A DNA stretch of 64,000 bases. It comes from an uncultured Clostridium sp. Lineage in GTDB: Bacteria; Bacillota; Clostridia; TANB77; CAG-508. A program made the translations under genes and the position numbers. Positions 44,394 to 54,916 of this stretch are shown piece by piece. Every line of letters begins with the position of its first letter. The first letter of the stretch is position 1. Below the pieces are notes generated by a model. It saw nothing but the letters and a program-made list of their open reading frames with translations, made no database searches and was not told the DNA's origin. Location of the stretch: contig CANAZY010000002.1 of the NCBI GenBank assembly GCA_947365805.1, positions 597-64,596 on the forward strand. The letters run 5' to 3'.

Positions 44394-45287
44394 TTACATT
44401 CCTGCATTTAAAGATTCTAAATACTCTTTTCTTGCTTCTTTTGATTTTGTAATTTCTTGTTCTAAGTTGCTCTCTAAATTAGATTGCGCATCTTGTGAAT
44501 CAATTGCATTTAATTGTCCATTAATTTCTTGTTCTCTTCTTGGCATCAAATTAGCATATCTAGAAGCTAATGCTTGTCTTGCTTCTTGTATAATGTTTGG
44601 ATCTGTATTCATTAAGTTAATAACTGTCGAACTTGGTACATATGTTGGTGTAGCATCTGCTTGGTTTCCTGGTTCAACATATCTTGTTGCGTATAATTTT
44701 GCTCCTGGCATTTTGTAAGCTTCTACAATTGCATTGGTCATAACTAATGTTTCTTGTTCATACATATCAATCCAAACGGTATCTTCTGAAATTTGTTTAA
44801 TACGTTTTTTAGAAACAACAATATAATCTTGTCCATTTGCTAATGTTAAACGTATATCAATATAATCATCAATATCTAAGTATTGTGGTAATATAACCAT
44901 ATTATATTGTTGTTCTCTTAAATCTGCTGTTATTTTAGCATCTGATTCGTGAATCATCGATTTTGATAATACAAGTCCTTTTGTTAAATCTAACTTTGCA
45001 ATGGTATTATCTGTAATGTCATTCATTGTTACATAGTCTGTTGGAACTACATCTTTTAATGCACTTACTTCTACTAAATCACTCATTGTAATATTAGAAC
45101 CAGATTTAATATCACTTCTTAACGCATATGCTTTTCTTGTATTGGCTGCTGCCTCTTCTATTTGTTTTTTATAATTGGTTGCTTGCATAAAGAAAAATGC
45201 AATTCCTATACAACCTATTAATAATCCTATAATAATTCCTATTAACATTGAATTTCTTGCTTTTTTTTGCATTGGGTTTGTTGCCAT
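44394..45287 (-). CDS. CpaB/RcpC-like SAF-domain protein
   Basis: TM helix, DIKSGSNITMSDL (SAF), DDYIDIRLTLANGQDYIVVSKK. Confidence 0.7.
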   Translation of the reverse strand: MATNPMQKKARNSMLIGIIIGLLIGCIGIAFFFMQATNYKKQIEEAAANTRKAYALRSDIKSGSNITMSDLVEVSALKDVVPTDYVTMNDITDNTIAKLDLTKGLVLSKSMIHESDAKITADLREQQYNMVILPQYLDIDDYIDIRLTLANGQDYIVVSKKRIKQISEDTVWIDMYEQETLVMTNAIVEAYKMPGAKLYATRYVEPGNQADATPTYVPSSTVINLMNTDPNIIQEARQALASRYANLMPRREQEINGQLNAIDSQDAQSNLESNLEQEITKSKEARKEYLESLNAGM

Positions 45288-45425
45288 TTTAAATTCCTCC
45301 TTACATGGTTATGACATAATAACACTATTTATTTCATTGTATAACAAATTACAACCAAAAACAACAAGTTTTCGTAGTTGTCATGTAAAAATAATCCTGT
45401 TGTAATGTGGTTGTAATATTTATTT

Positions 45426-46305
45426 TTATTGATTGTTGATATATTGGTTAATTGCTTCTGCTACACCATTTCCATTGTTATCTGAAACAACAATATCACC
45501 AATTTGATTTGCAGAAAGCATTGAGTTGCCCATAGCCACACCCAATCCTGCTTTTTCTACCATTTCTTTATCGTTGGCATTATCTCCAATTGCCATTACT
45601 TCTTCTTTTGAAATATTTAGTTTCTTTAATAAGTATTCAATGGCTGTCCATTTATTCGTATTTTTTTTAGCAATTTCGGTATAATAATATTCGATTGGTA
45701 CTTCTTTTGTCCCATCTTTAATAATTTTTCGTGACATATGTTCTATTTCTAATATATCAATTTTAGGTATCATTTTTAGTTTTCGAATAATTCCTTCAAA
45801 AATAATTTTATCACTATCGCAAATTGTCATTTTTAAGATTTGTATGTCCTCTTTTTGTTCAACATATTGGTAAGCATCTGATACCACATTAATATTAGTT
45901 CTTTTCTCAATTGGTTTTTTACTATTTTCTTTATCATAAAAAAGAGTATTATAATTTAAGTTTTTTGTTAGAACTTCATTGGGTGTATAGATATTATAAT
46001 AGATACTATTTTCCTCACAAATTTTAATAATATTTAACACTCTTTCTTTTTCCATAAAAGCATCGTATATTACTTCTTCTTTTTGTAAATCATAAATCAA
46101 AGTACCATTCCCACAAATCGCATATTCTTCTGCTCCAATTTCTTTTGCAAGTGTTTTTACAGATTGTGGCATTCTTCCGTGAAGCAATTACTATCATACT
46201 TCCTTTTCGAGTTGCTTTTCGAATTGCTTCTTTATTCTCATTACTTACTTCTCCATATGAATTTAAAAGAGTTCCATCTAAATCGATTGCAACTAATTTG
46301 TACAT
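45426..46305 (-). CDS. Cof-type HAD IIB hydrolase; +1 CGG recoding site at 46177-46179
   Basis: AIDLDGTLL motif I, IAS-G-RM motif II restored by skipping C, AIGDNANDKEM motif IV. Confidence 0.9.
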
Positions 46306-46612
46306 ATTTTTCTCCTTTGTTTTTTATTTTTCTTTTTAATTATACAAATAAAAAAAATTTTTTACAATAAAAATCACAAGATTTTTACATAATCCAAAGA
46401 GATTACTAATTTCTAAATGATATATGCTTAAAAGATTGTAACATTTGCATATCTAATTTCTACATCAATTGCACTTTTCAGAATACAATTAACATAGAAA
46501 TTAGAAAAAATTACCAGTTTATTTTAAAATTTATTGCACATTCTATATAACGAAGAAGCAAGAATGTTTTTTCAAAAATGTAAAATATTTTTTTGCAGGA
46601 GGTGAATAAACG

Positions 46613-46819
46613 ATGGCATCAAACAATAGTAATATAAAAGCTGTTCCAGAAGCTATGGACGCTTTAGAAAAATTCAAATATGAAGTAGCAAGCGAAGTAG
46701 GTGTTACTTTAAAAGATGGTTACAACGGAAACATCTCAGCTAGAGACGCTGGAAGAATCGGTGGTAACATGGTAAGAAAAATGATTCAACAAGCTGAAAA
46801 CAACATGATTGGTAAATAG
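46613..46819 (+). CDS. Alpha/beta-type small acid-soluble spore protein
   Basis: KYEVASEVGV, SARDAGRIGGNMVRKMI. Confidence 0.95.
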   Translation: MASNNSNIKAVPEAMDALEKFKYEVASEVGVTLKDGYNGNISARDAGRIGGNMVRKMIQQAENNMIGK

Positions 46820-46888
46820 TTTTATTAACTAGATTATCGTAAAATAAGAGTAGGAATATATTTTTTGTTTTTTTACGTAGCAATACAT

Positions 46889-46920
46889 AAAAAGGCAGGA
46901 AATGTATTCCTGCCTTTTTT
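46889..46920. terminator. Bidirectional terminator
   Basis: AAAAAGGCAGGAA...TTCCTGCCTTTTT. Confidence 0.8.
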
Positions 46921-46930
46921 TCTATTATTT

Positions 46931-47461
46931 CTATTCTGGTTCTACAATACCATAATTTTTTGAATTTTTAAGTTTAAATACAACATTTACTTTGTTGGTA
47001 TCAACATTGATAAATGTATAGAATACGTCTTGTGGTTTTTCTTGTAGTTTTAAAATAGCATCTTCTACAGACATTGGTTTTGCTTCGTAATAAATGGTTT
47101 TTATTACTTCATCTTCTACTTCATGTTTTGTCTCTGCATTTAAAAATTCTTTTTGTTTAATTGAATCTTCTTTGTTCATTTTGTCTCTTTTTGTTTTTGT
47201 CTTTCTGATTTGTCCTTCTAAGATATCAATATCTTTATCGATTGCAGCATATAGGTCTTTATGAGCTGTTACTGCTTTATAGGTATCTGCATTTACTGCT
47301 ACTAGTATTTCTGCAATTTGCTCATTTTTTTCACATTTTAATGTTACTGTTACATCAAAATCTTCTCCAAAATATTTTACTAATCTTTCTACTTTTTTTG
47401 CAACATAGTCTTTCATTGCTTCTGTTGCTTGTAAATCTTTTCCTGTTATTTTAATATTCAT
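46931..47461 (-). CDS. hpf: Ribosome hibernation promoting factor (long HPF/RaiA)
   Basis: ITGKDLQATEAMKDYV, DLYAAID, KPMSVEDAI. Confidence 0.9.
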   Translation of the reverse strand: MNIKITGKDLQATEAMKDYVAKKVERLVKYFGEDFDVTVTLKCEKNEQIAEILVAVNADTYKAVTAHKDLYAAIDKDIDILEGQIRKTKTKRDKMNKEDSIKQKEFLNAETKHEVEDEVIKTIYYEAKPMSVEDAILKLQEKPQDVFYTFINVDTNKVNVVFKLKNSKNYGIVEPE

Positions 47462-47621
47462 AACACTCTCTTCCTTTCTTTATTTCATATGTTTCTTTTG
47501 TTTGTGGTTTGATTATATACTATATTTCATTTTTTGTAAAGATTCGAAAAAATATTGTATTTTTTTAGGGGTTGCATAATATGCAACTCCTACATTTTTT
47601 ATATTTATTATTCTTTAATGA

Positions 47622-48351
47622 TTAGAATAAGTCTTCTAATTTATAGTCTTTTTCTAGCTTTTCATTTAAATAAATTTTGGCTATTAATTCCAATTCTTTT
47701 ATGCAATTAGGGCTAATATTAAAAGAAAATAGTTTTTTTGCTGGTGCAAGTGCAATATAAGAAATCGCATCTTTCGTTGCTCCGAGAAATCTGCATGACA
47801 CTTTTATCTACTTTTCCACAAATACCACATTTAAAACCGCTATCTTTAAAACTAAAATATAGTAAATCTTCTTTTGTCCCACATTGTTTACAAGAAGATA
47901 CATGTGGTGCAAACCCTAAAATACACATTAAACGAATTTTAAAAATTGCTAATACAAAGTCCATATCTTTGTCTGTCTCAGATAGTGTATATAGTGTATT
48001 TAAAAATAATTGCAATATGTTATAACTATTTTCGTTTTCATTGGTAACATCATAAATAATTTTCGTTATATGGCTTGCATATTTTAGTTTATCTAAATCG
48101 GTTCGTAAATGATAAAACATTTCGATTGTCTCGCAAGAATTAATATGATATGTATTAGCTCCTTGATAGAGCATATATTCTCCAAAGCATAACAACTGAC
48201 TGCCAGCAAGAAGCGCACTTTTAGCTCTTCTTGCTCCTTTAGCAGCACAGCTTATTTTACCAAGTCCAGGTGTTAACATCGTTAACATCTTGTCATAGTC
48301 TCCCATATTACTTTCCAATATTATGATTCCATTTGTTTTGAATGTTCCCAT
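47622..48351 (-). CDS. recO: DNA repair protein RecO; +1 CGG recoding site at 47782-47784
   Basis: GDYDKMLTMLT...GKISCAAKGAR, CKQC...CGIC; after skipping C the frame continues 53 codons to ...EKLEKDYKLEDLF*. Confidence 0.9.
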
Positions 48352-48478
48352 TTTTTTCTTCACCATTGATACGATTTATATTTTTTTGTATATTTTCTAC
48401 TTCGATTAATTCTAGGAATGTATTGATGTCACCCGTATTTTTAAAGGTATTCCACGCAATTTGTTTGATCACATCCAT
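48308..48478 (-). CDS. yqzL: YqzL-family small protein
   Basis: Manual translation MDVIKQIAWNTFKNTGDINTFLEL...; canonical position between era and recO. Confidence 0.75.
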   Translation of the reverse strand: MDVIKQIAWNTFKNTGDINTFLELIEVENIQKNINRINGEEKNGNIQNKWNHNIGK

Positions 48479-48527
48479 CATCTCCTTTTCTTACTTATCT
48501 TTTGTGTTTTTACAAAATTTATACAGT

Positions 48528-49430
48528 TTAATTAAATTTAAAGTTTTTTACAATTCCATCTTTATCTTGCCAATCTTCATTTACTTTTACCCATGTTTTT
48601 AAGTTTATTTTTGTATCTAACATTTTTTCTAGGTCTTTTCTTGCATAAGTTCCAATTCTTTTTAACATAGCTCCATTTTTTCCAATGATAATTCCTTTGT
48701 GTGAGTTTCTTAGACAATAGATGGTTGCTTCTATATCATATATTTCTGATTCATTTTTGGTGTGTCTTAAATTCATTTTTTCTACTTGTACATATAACCC
48801 ATGTGGCACTTCATCCTCTAACAACTTTAATGCTTTTTCTCTTATTACCTCTTCTACTAATTGCCTCATTGTTTGGTCTGTATATTCATCAATATCATAA
48901 TAAGCAGGACCTGGTTTTAGTAATTTTTCAATTTCACTTAAAACGTCTTTCGTTTTATCTTGTTTTAAAGCAGAAATTGGAATAACAGCACTAAAATCAT
49001 ATTCTTTACGATATTGTTCAATTAGTCCAAGTAATGTTTCTCTTTTTACTAAATCAATTTTGTTAATCACTAAAATCGTTTTCTTTTTAGCTTCTTTGAT
49101 TTTGTCTAAAATAATTCGGTCTCCTCTTCCAATTTCTTCACTAGTCGCTTCAATTAAGAATAATACAACATCCACTTCGCCAACACTTCCAAATGCTGTT
49201 TCTATCATTGTATTTCCTAGTTTTGTTTTTGGTTTATGAATTCCTGGTGTATCGATAAAAATAATTTGAGAATGTTCTTTATTCACAATCGCACGAATTG
49301 CAGTTCTTGTGGTTTGTGGCTTATTGGTCATAATTGCAACTTTTTCTCCCACAAGTGAATTGATTAATGTTGATTTTCCTACATTGGTTCTTCCTATAAT
49401 TGATACAAATCCTGATTTAAATTCTTCCAT
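48528..49430 (-). CDS. era: GTPase Era
   Basis: GRTNVGKST, PQTTR, DTPG, NKID, KH domain GIIIGKNG. Confidence 0.97.
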   Translation of the reverse strand: MEEFKSGFVSIIGRTNVGKSTLINSLVGEKVAIMTNKPQTTRTAIRAIVNKEHSQIIFIDTPGIHKPKTKLGNTMIETAFGSVGEVDVVLFLIEATSEEIGRGDRIILDKIKEAKKKTILVINKIDLVKRETLLGLIEQYRKEYDFSAVIPISALKQDKTKDVLSEIEKLLKPGPAYYDIDEYTDQTMRQLVEEVIREKALKLLEDEVPHGLYVQVEKMNLRHTKNESEIYDIEATIYCLRNSHKGIIIGKNGAMLKRIGTYARKDLEKMLDTKINLKTWVKVNEDWQDKDGIVKNFKFN

Positions 49431-49571
49431 GTTTCCTTCTTCCTTTATTTTTTCTTATTATACCTATTCTATTTTATTAAGTTTGTAGATTTTGGTCGTT
49501 AAATTTTATGTTTTTTTCTTCTTTTTTTACTTGACAAATGGATTATATTCTATTTGCAATATTTTTAAAAA

Positions 49572-49599
49572 CGGGTCGATGAAGGCATCGACCCCTACA
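49572..49599 (-). repeat. GTAG-type REP-like palindrome
   Basis: Minus strand TGTAGGGGTCGATGCCTTCATCGACCCG; near-identical to 59997-60023. Confidence 0.75.
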
Positions 49600-49603
49600 G
49601 TTC

Positions 49604-50653
49604 TTATTCAATTACAACATTAGCATCAATTGGACAGATTTGGATAAAGGTATTTCCATCATTTACTTTAATTTCATTTCCTTGTAAATCTTTGTATACC
49701 GTTTTACTTGTCCTTGATGATTTACTACATACAATTTCAATTGCTTTTCCATTGGTAATGTAATATCCTTTTAAGTCTCCAATATTGTTTAATCCTTGTC
49801 TATCTTTATTTTCTGGATCATTTAGTTTATAATTTTTTGCAAATGTAATAATAATATTTTTGGTAACAATATCTTCTTTTGTTGTCCAATCTGTTTGTTT
49901 TACATTTCTTGCATAACGTATATATCGTTTATTTTCCTTGTCATAGGTATAGCTAACTGTATGCGATGTTGAATATGGGATTACTACATGGCTTGCTTCT
50001 ACCCCTTCATTTAATTCTACTTGACTTGCTTGGTAGTTTAATACACTTTTTGTATTAGAATTGGTTTGTGTTTTATATCCTTTTGCCTGTGCCATTTTCA
50101 AAATATTTTTTGTACTCGTTACTGCATTATGTGGTGCTTTTTTATCTTTTACTCTCCAAAAATCAGTTGAACTTTGTGTAATTCCATTTAGATTGTTTAC
50201 TTTTAATTTTTTAATATCTGTTTCTGCTTGAGGACTCCAACCATAATGTACATAGATTGCTTCATTTTCTAATGCATAATCCAAGAAATAATGTCTTGAA
50301 CTTCTAACTGGACCAATTTTTTCTAAGTCGACACCTTTAAATACTGGCATTAATCTTGTTTCTCCACCTTCTACAATAATTTCATAAACAAGATATGCCT
50401 GGTTTAATCCTGCTTGTGGCCACGCTCCTTTATGATTATCAATCATAACAGCGATTGGTCTATCATTTCCTTGATATATTTTAATTTGTTCTTCTTTCTT
50501 CTTTCCTGTATCTTTTCCTAGGGAAATAATCCCATTTCCTGTTTGTCCATCATTATTTTTGTTTCCAACAACTTTCATTGCTAAAAGAACACCTGCTACT
50601 ATTACTAATATTATTAAAATAACTATTAAAAATTTAATTCCTTTATTTTTCAC
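49604..50653 (-). CDS. DUF3048 (YerB-like) membrane-anchored protein
   Basis: RPIAVMIDN...PQAGL...YEIIVEGGETR...IGPVRSSR; GTG start. Confidence 0.85.
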   Translation of the reverse strand: MKNKGIKFLIVILIILVIVAGVLLAMKVVGNKNNDGQTGNGIISLGKDTGKKKEEQIKIYQGNDRPIAVMIDNHKGAWPQAGLNQAYLVYEIIVEGGETRLMPVFKGVDLEKIGPVRSSRHYFLDYALENEAIYVHYGWSPQAETDIKKLKVNNLNGITQSSTDFWRVKDKKAPHNAVTSTKNILKMAQAKGYKTQTNSNTKSVLNYQASQVELNEGVEASHVVIPYSTSHTVSYTYDKENKRYIRYARNVKQTDWTTKEDIVTKNIIITFAKNYKLNDPENKDRQGLNNIGDLKGYYITNGKAIEIVCSKSSRTSKTVYKDLQGNEIKVNDGNTFIQICPIDANVVIE

Positions 50654-50673
50654 TTTTCTTTCTCCTTTTGGTT

Positions 50674-51423
50674 CTAGAATGATGTTATACCTAAATATAA
50701 AATTACAAGTCCATATAGTAAGACAACTACTAGTATTCCCACACAAGCCCCTGTTATAATTTCTGTTTTTGTACGTTTTCCTACTTGATAACGGTTAATA
50801 GAAACTAACAAGGCAAGTACCAAAGCCAATGTAAAGATAACGACATTTTTTGTTGTTAACCATACAATAGTAAGGGCTGCAAATGCTACCGCAGTTTGCC
50901 CACTTGGCATAAAATCTTTTTTAATAAATTTATGATTTCTTGTTGCTGCTGCCTTTAGAGTAACAATCACAATAACAGTTAATAATACGGAAACAAATGC
51001 TAAATGTACTGGAGAATTTGCAACTTCTTCTACTATTTTTAATCCTATTGTACTAATTTTTTCAAAAAATAAAAAATATGCTACAATAATTGCATTAATC
51101 GCTGTTATCACGACAGCTCCTGCTCCTACATCTTTTGCAATTTTGGCTTTAGGATGATAAAGGTCTGTATACAAATCAACAACAGTTTCAATTGCTGTGT
51201 TTATCATCTCTGCTACAATAATTAGCACAACCGTAAACATTAAACACAAAAATTCTGCCTTTGATAAATCAAAAAATAAACTAATTAGCATAACAGCTAC
51301 TGCTATAATTAATTGTTTTTTTATGTTGCTCTGTGTTGTAATTGCATAGATAATACCATCTAAAGCATTTTGGCACGCATCTAAGAAATTACCATTTTTC
51401 ATTTTATGCTCTTTTTCTTTCAT
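50674..51423 (-). CDS. dgkA: Diacylglycerol/undecaprenol kinase with C-terminal PAP2-like domain
   Basis: EMINTAIETVVD...AKIAKDVGAGAV; MPSGQTAVAF. Confidence 0.88.
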   Translation of the reverse strand: MKEKEHKMKNGNFLDACQNALDGIIYAITTQSNIKKQLIIAVAVMLISLFFDLSKAEFLCLMFTVVLIIVAEMINTAIETVVDLYTDLYHPKAKIAKDVGAGAVVITAINAIIVAYFLFFEKISTIGLKIVEEVANSPVHLAFVSVLLTVIVIVTLKAAATRNHKFIKKDFMPSGQTAVAFAALTIVWLTTKNVVIFTLALVLALLVSINRYQVGKRTKTEIITGACVGILVVVLLYGLVILYLGITSF

Positions 51424-51435
51424 ATTACCACCTAT

Positions 51436-51918
51436 CTAAATTCTTGCAATATTTAAATCTTGTAGTACTTTTTCTTCTTTTGGTCTCATTTCTAACTTAT
51501 CTTTTTCTTCTATATGGTCATATCCCATCAAGTGATAAAACCCATGAACTAACATGTAAGCTAATTCCCTTTCAAAACTATGTCCATATTCAACTGCTTG
51601 TTCTTCTACTCTTGGAATTGATATTACAATATCTCCTAACACATCTTCTACTTCATGATTTTGTTCTAAAAGCATTTGTGTAATCTCTTCTTTTTCAAAC
51701 ATTGGAAATGACAATACATCGGTTTGTTTATCTATTTTTCGATATTCTTGATTAATTTTCCTTATATTCTCTGGATTTGTTAATGTAATTGCAATATATA
51801 TATTCATATGTGATAAATGTTCTTCCTTAAAACACTGTTCAATTACTTTTTCAATTAGCTTTTCTTGTTCTTTATTTTCTTCTATTTCTAAATATTCAAT
51901 TTGTACAATTCGATTCAT
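51436..51918 (-). CDS. ybeY: rRNA maturation endoribonuclease YbeY
   Basis: TDVLSFP, LGDIVIS, HGFYHLMGYDH. Confidence 0.96.
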   Translation of the reverse strand: MNRIVQIEYLEIEENKEQEKLIEKVIEQCFKEEHLSHMNIYIAITLTNPENIRKINQEYRKIDKQTDVLSFPMFEKEEITQMLLEQNHEVEDVLGDIVISIPRVEEQAVEYGHSFERELAYMLVHGFYHLMGYDHIEEKDKLEMRPKEEKVLQDLNIARI

Positions 51919-51973
51919 TTTTGACTTTTGTTAGCTAAAAAGTTAACATTCTCCTTTTTACAATTTCTAATTT

Positions 51974-53191
51974 TTATGCTACTACTGTTTTTTTCTTAAT
52001 TGTTTTTTGTTGTAATGTTTTATAAGAATTTTTCAAATTTCTCATTGCTCCCATTTCTACTAGTTTTTGTTTATAGAAGTTAATTATTTTTTCATATTTC
52101 TCTGCTTTTACACTAACTGCTTTTAAATCATTTCTAACAAATAGAATTTCCTTTTGTTTTAAGTATTCTGCTTGGTCTTGGTCTTTCATTTTTGCAATTT
52201 TTTTATAGTCTTCCCAGAATTTTTTGTATTCTTCTCTTTGTTTTGGTTTGTCCCAATAAATTTTGGTTGATAATAAACGAATATTATAATCCTCAATTAA
52301 ATTGATTAACATTTCATAAGCGCCATTTCTTTTCTTATCGTTCTTTGCTTGAATGATTAAATTTCTAGTATCTTTTAGTAGCTTAATATAGCATTGTTCT
52401 GCTACAATTAATGGTAAGCTATGGGTAAATAATGTTCTACTAATTCCTAATAACAATAGTTTCTTTTCAATTGTATCCCTTTGATCTAATTTTCCAGCTA
52501 AGAATGTACTAAATTTATCATATTGTGAAAGTATTTCTTTATAAGTATTTTCTGGCTCTACTTCCATTTTTAATGGTAAAATAGCAACAATATATTCTTC
52601 TAATGTTTGAAAAATATTTTCATAAATTTCATTTCTTCTTTCTTTTGTCACAAGATGGTCAGCAAGTTGAATGGAATAATTTTTTAAAATCCCTTTATAT
52701 AAAGTTTCCATTTTATTGACATAGAAAACTTGGTAACGTTTTAATAGTTTCTCTTTGTTTTGAGTTTGTATTGTTTCATAATCTAGTTCTAATAAATATT
52801 TTTGTTTTCGATACTTATATTCCATATATTGGGTTTCTTTTAAATGTACTACCATATAATATTTTGATAATGCATTTCTTTCAAATGGTGTTGCTGTATC
52901 GTTTTTAACTTTTTTATAAATGGAATCCATAATATATTTATCAATTGATTCTAAATATAGAGCAAACATATCCTCATATTTTTTTAACAAAATTTCTTTT
53001 TTATTGGTTTCATCATGATTTTCTTCATTTGTCCAACTTTCAAAAGCTTTTAACATATTGTTTCTTTTTGTTTGTATTAATAATCCATTAATTCCAACTT
53101 TTGTTGGAATTAATAGTTTTGTAATGGTTCCTGTTATTTTTCCAAAAAACGTTTTTTCTTGTTCTAATACTCGTAATCCTCTTTCTGCCAT
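51974..53191 (-). CDS. Hypothetical helical protein
   Basis: 405-aa ORF with RBS, in operon between yqfD and ybeY; no motif recognised. Confidence 0.6.
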   Translation of the reverse strand: MAERGLRVLEQEKTFFGKITGTITKLLIPTKVGINGLLIQTKRNNMLKAFESWTNEENHDETNKKEILLKKYEDMFALYLESIDKYIMDSIYKKVKNDTATPFERNALSKYYMVVHLKETQYMEYKYRKQKYLLELDYETIQTQNKEKLLKRYQVFYVNKMETLYKGILKNYSIQLADHLVTKERRNEIYENIFQTLEEYIVAILPLKMEVEPENTYKEILSQYDKFSTFLAGKLDQRDTIEKKLLLLGISRTLFTHSLPLIVAEQCYIKLLKDTRNLIIQAKNDKKRNGAYEMLINLIEDYNIRLLSTKIYWDKPKQREEYKKFWEDYKKIAKMKDQDQAEYLKQKEILFVRNDLKAVSVKAEKYEKIINFYKQKLVEMGAMRNLKNSYKTLQQKTIKKKTVVA

Positions 53192-53205
53192 GTTTCATCA
53201 TCCTT

Positions 53206-54392
53206 TCAAAACAATATTTTTTCCTTTGTGCCTATATTTTCAAGTACTTCATATATTAGTTCTACTTCTACTGTTTGACCTTCTAGTTTTGAATTAATTT
53301 GTGTATTTACAATTTTTTCTTCGTCTTGTATTTGTTTCTTTAATTCTTCTTCTAATTTAGTAATTAATATTTGTTTTGCCTCTTCTTCCGTATAGGTTAT
53401 TTGCTTTTTAGTTAATTCTTTATAGGTCACTTTCGTAAATTCCATAGGGAAATAAAAGTTTGAAAATATTTTTAATTTTTTGCTTTCATTTATTGTATCA
53501 TAATTTTCAAAATATGGAACCCCTTTCGGAAAATTTATTTTGAAATTGTTAATATTGATTCCGTAATTTATTTTCTCATTTCCAGTTTCTTCTTCTATGT
53601 AAGAATTCAAATCAATTGTGTCTTTAACACAATACCATACTTTTGCCTCAACTTGTGCTTTTGCATGTACATATCTTGTTCCGTGTATATTTTCCTTCTA
53701 TCCATCCACCCACAATTGTATTACCGTTTTGTTACAATATCTCCCACTTTCACTAGGGCTGTACCGTTTTGGACGTTTATTTTTGTTATAATTCCTTCTT
53801 TATTTGAAACAATATTGCAATATTCGCTTTCGTTTATGATTTCTGGTTTTTTATCTGCTTCTACTACTTCTACAATTGCATTTGTCCCTACCATTTTAAT
53901 TCCAATCCACGCAATATCATCCCTATGTAGTCGAATGCTATTGATTACTTCCTTAGTATCAACTGTATTTTTTAATATTCCTACTTTTAATCCATATTGA
54001 TTTAACTGTTTTAATAATTCTTCTTTGGAAAGATTATTGTCTCCTATTAACTCAATATTCCATACAAAATTTGAAAGTCCTATAATAATTGCTATCATTA
54101 CAAGAAGTAATCCTATAAACATTTTTCTTTTTTTATATTTATTTAAAACAAATGGAAATCCTCTCTTTTTTTCAATTTTTACATGGCATTTGGTTGTTTT
54201 TGCAATTTGTCTTATTTTTTTAAAATCTTTAATAGCAATATTGGTAAAGAGAAAACTTGATTTTTTTCTTTTCATATTCCATAGTAAAATATTTTTACTA
54301 ATACAAATATTGATGAATCGTTCAATAAAATACCCCTCTACACTAATGGTCGCATATCCAAGTAAGTAATACATTATAATTTTAACAAACAT
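53206..54392 (-). CDS. yqfD: Sporulation protein YqfD; two +1 CGG recoding sites (53724-53726, 53681-53683)
   Basis: ERFINIC, AWIGI, VKVGDIVTK-G-NTIVGGWIEGKYT-G-TRYVHAKAQVEAKVWY join; follows yqfC. Confidence 0.88.
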
Positions 54393-54411
54393 TTCCTTTT
54401 GTCCCCCTTAT

Positions 54412-54705
54412 TTACTCATCTGTTATACTTTCAAAATCAATGCTATCAATAGTACCTAATACCATAATGTCATCACCTGTCATTTCTTTTAAACGTAGAT
54501 TAAAACCATTAATATTAATTGCTCCTATATGAGTATTAATTTTAATATAAAAATCTTCATATTCTAAAATCGCTTTATAATTTTCAATTAATAGTTCATG
54601 AAATCCAATAAGACTTATTTTAGGCTCATTACTTACAACTTCTTGTGGCAACTCTAATATTCTTGTAATTCGACTTCTTGCTTTGCTCTTTTTGTCTTTT
54701 CTCAT
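54412..54705 (-). CDS. yqfC: Sporulation protein YqfC (YabP family)
   Basis: LELPQEVV, IENYKAILEY. Confidence 0.88.
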   Translation of the reverse strand: MRKDKKSKARSRITRILELPQEVVSNEPKISLIGFHELLIENYKAILEYEDFYIKINTHIGAININGFNLRLKEMTGDDIMVLGTIDSIDFESITDE

Positions 54706-54916
54706 AATCTCCTCCTGGTTTTAATATTTCTTTTTTATGTATATGCAACAAGGATTTCATTCATGCGAATTATATTTACTCCATATTATTTTACGATTTT
54801 TAAAGCTTTTTCTTTGGTATTCTACTTCTAATTTAAGAAAATCTTAAATTTTTTTCATAAATTCTTAAAAACTATTTTAAAAATTTTTTATATAATCATT
54901 TTGAGGTGAAAATAAA

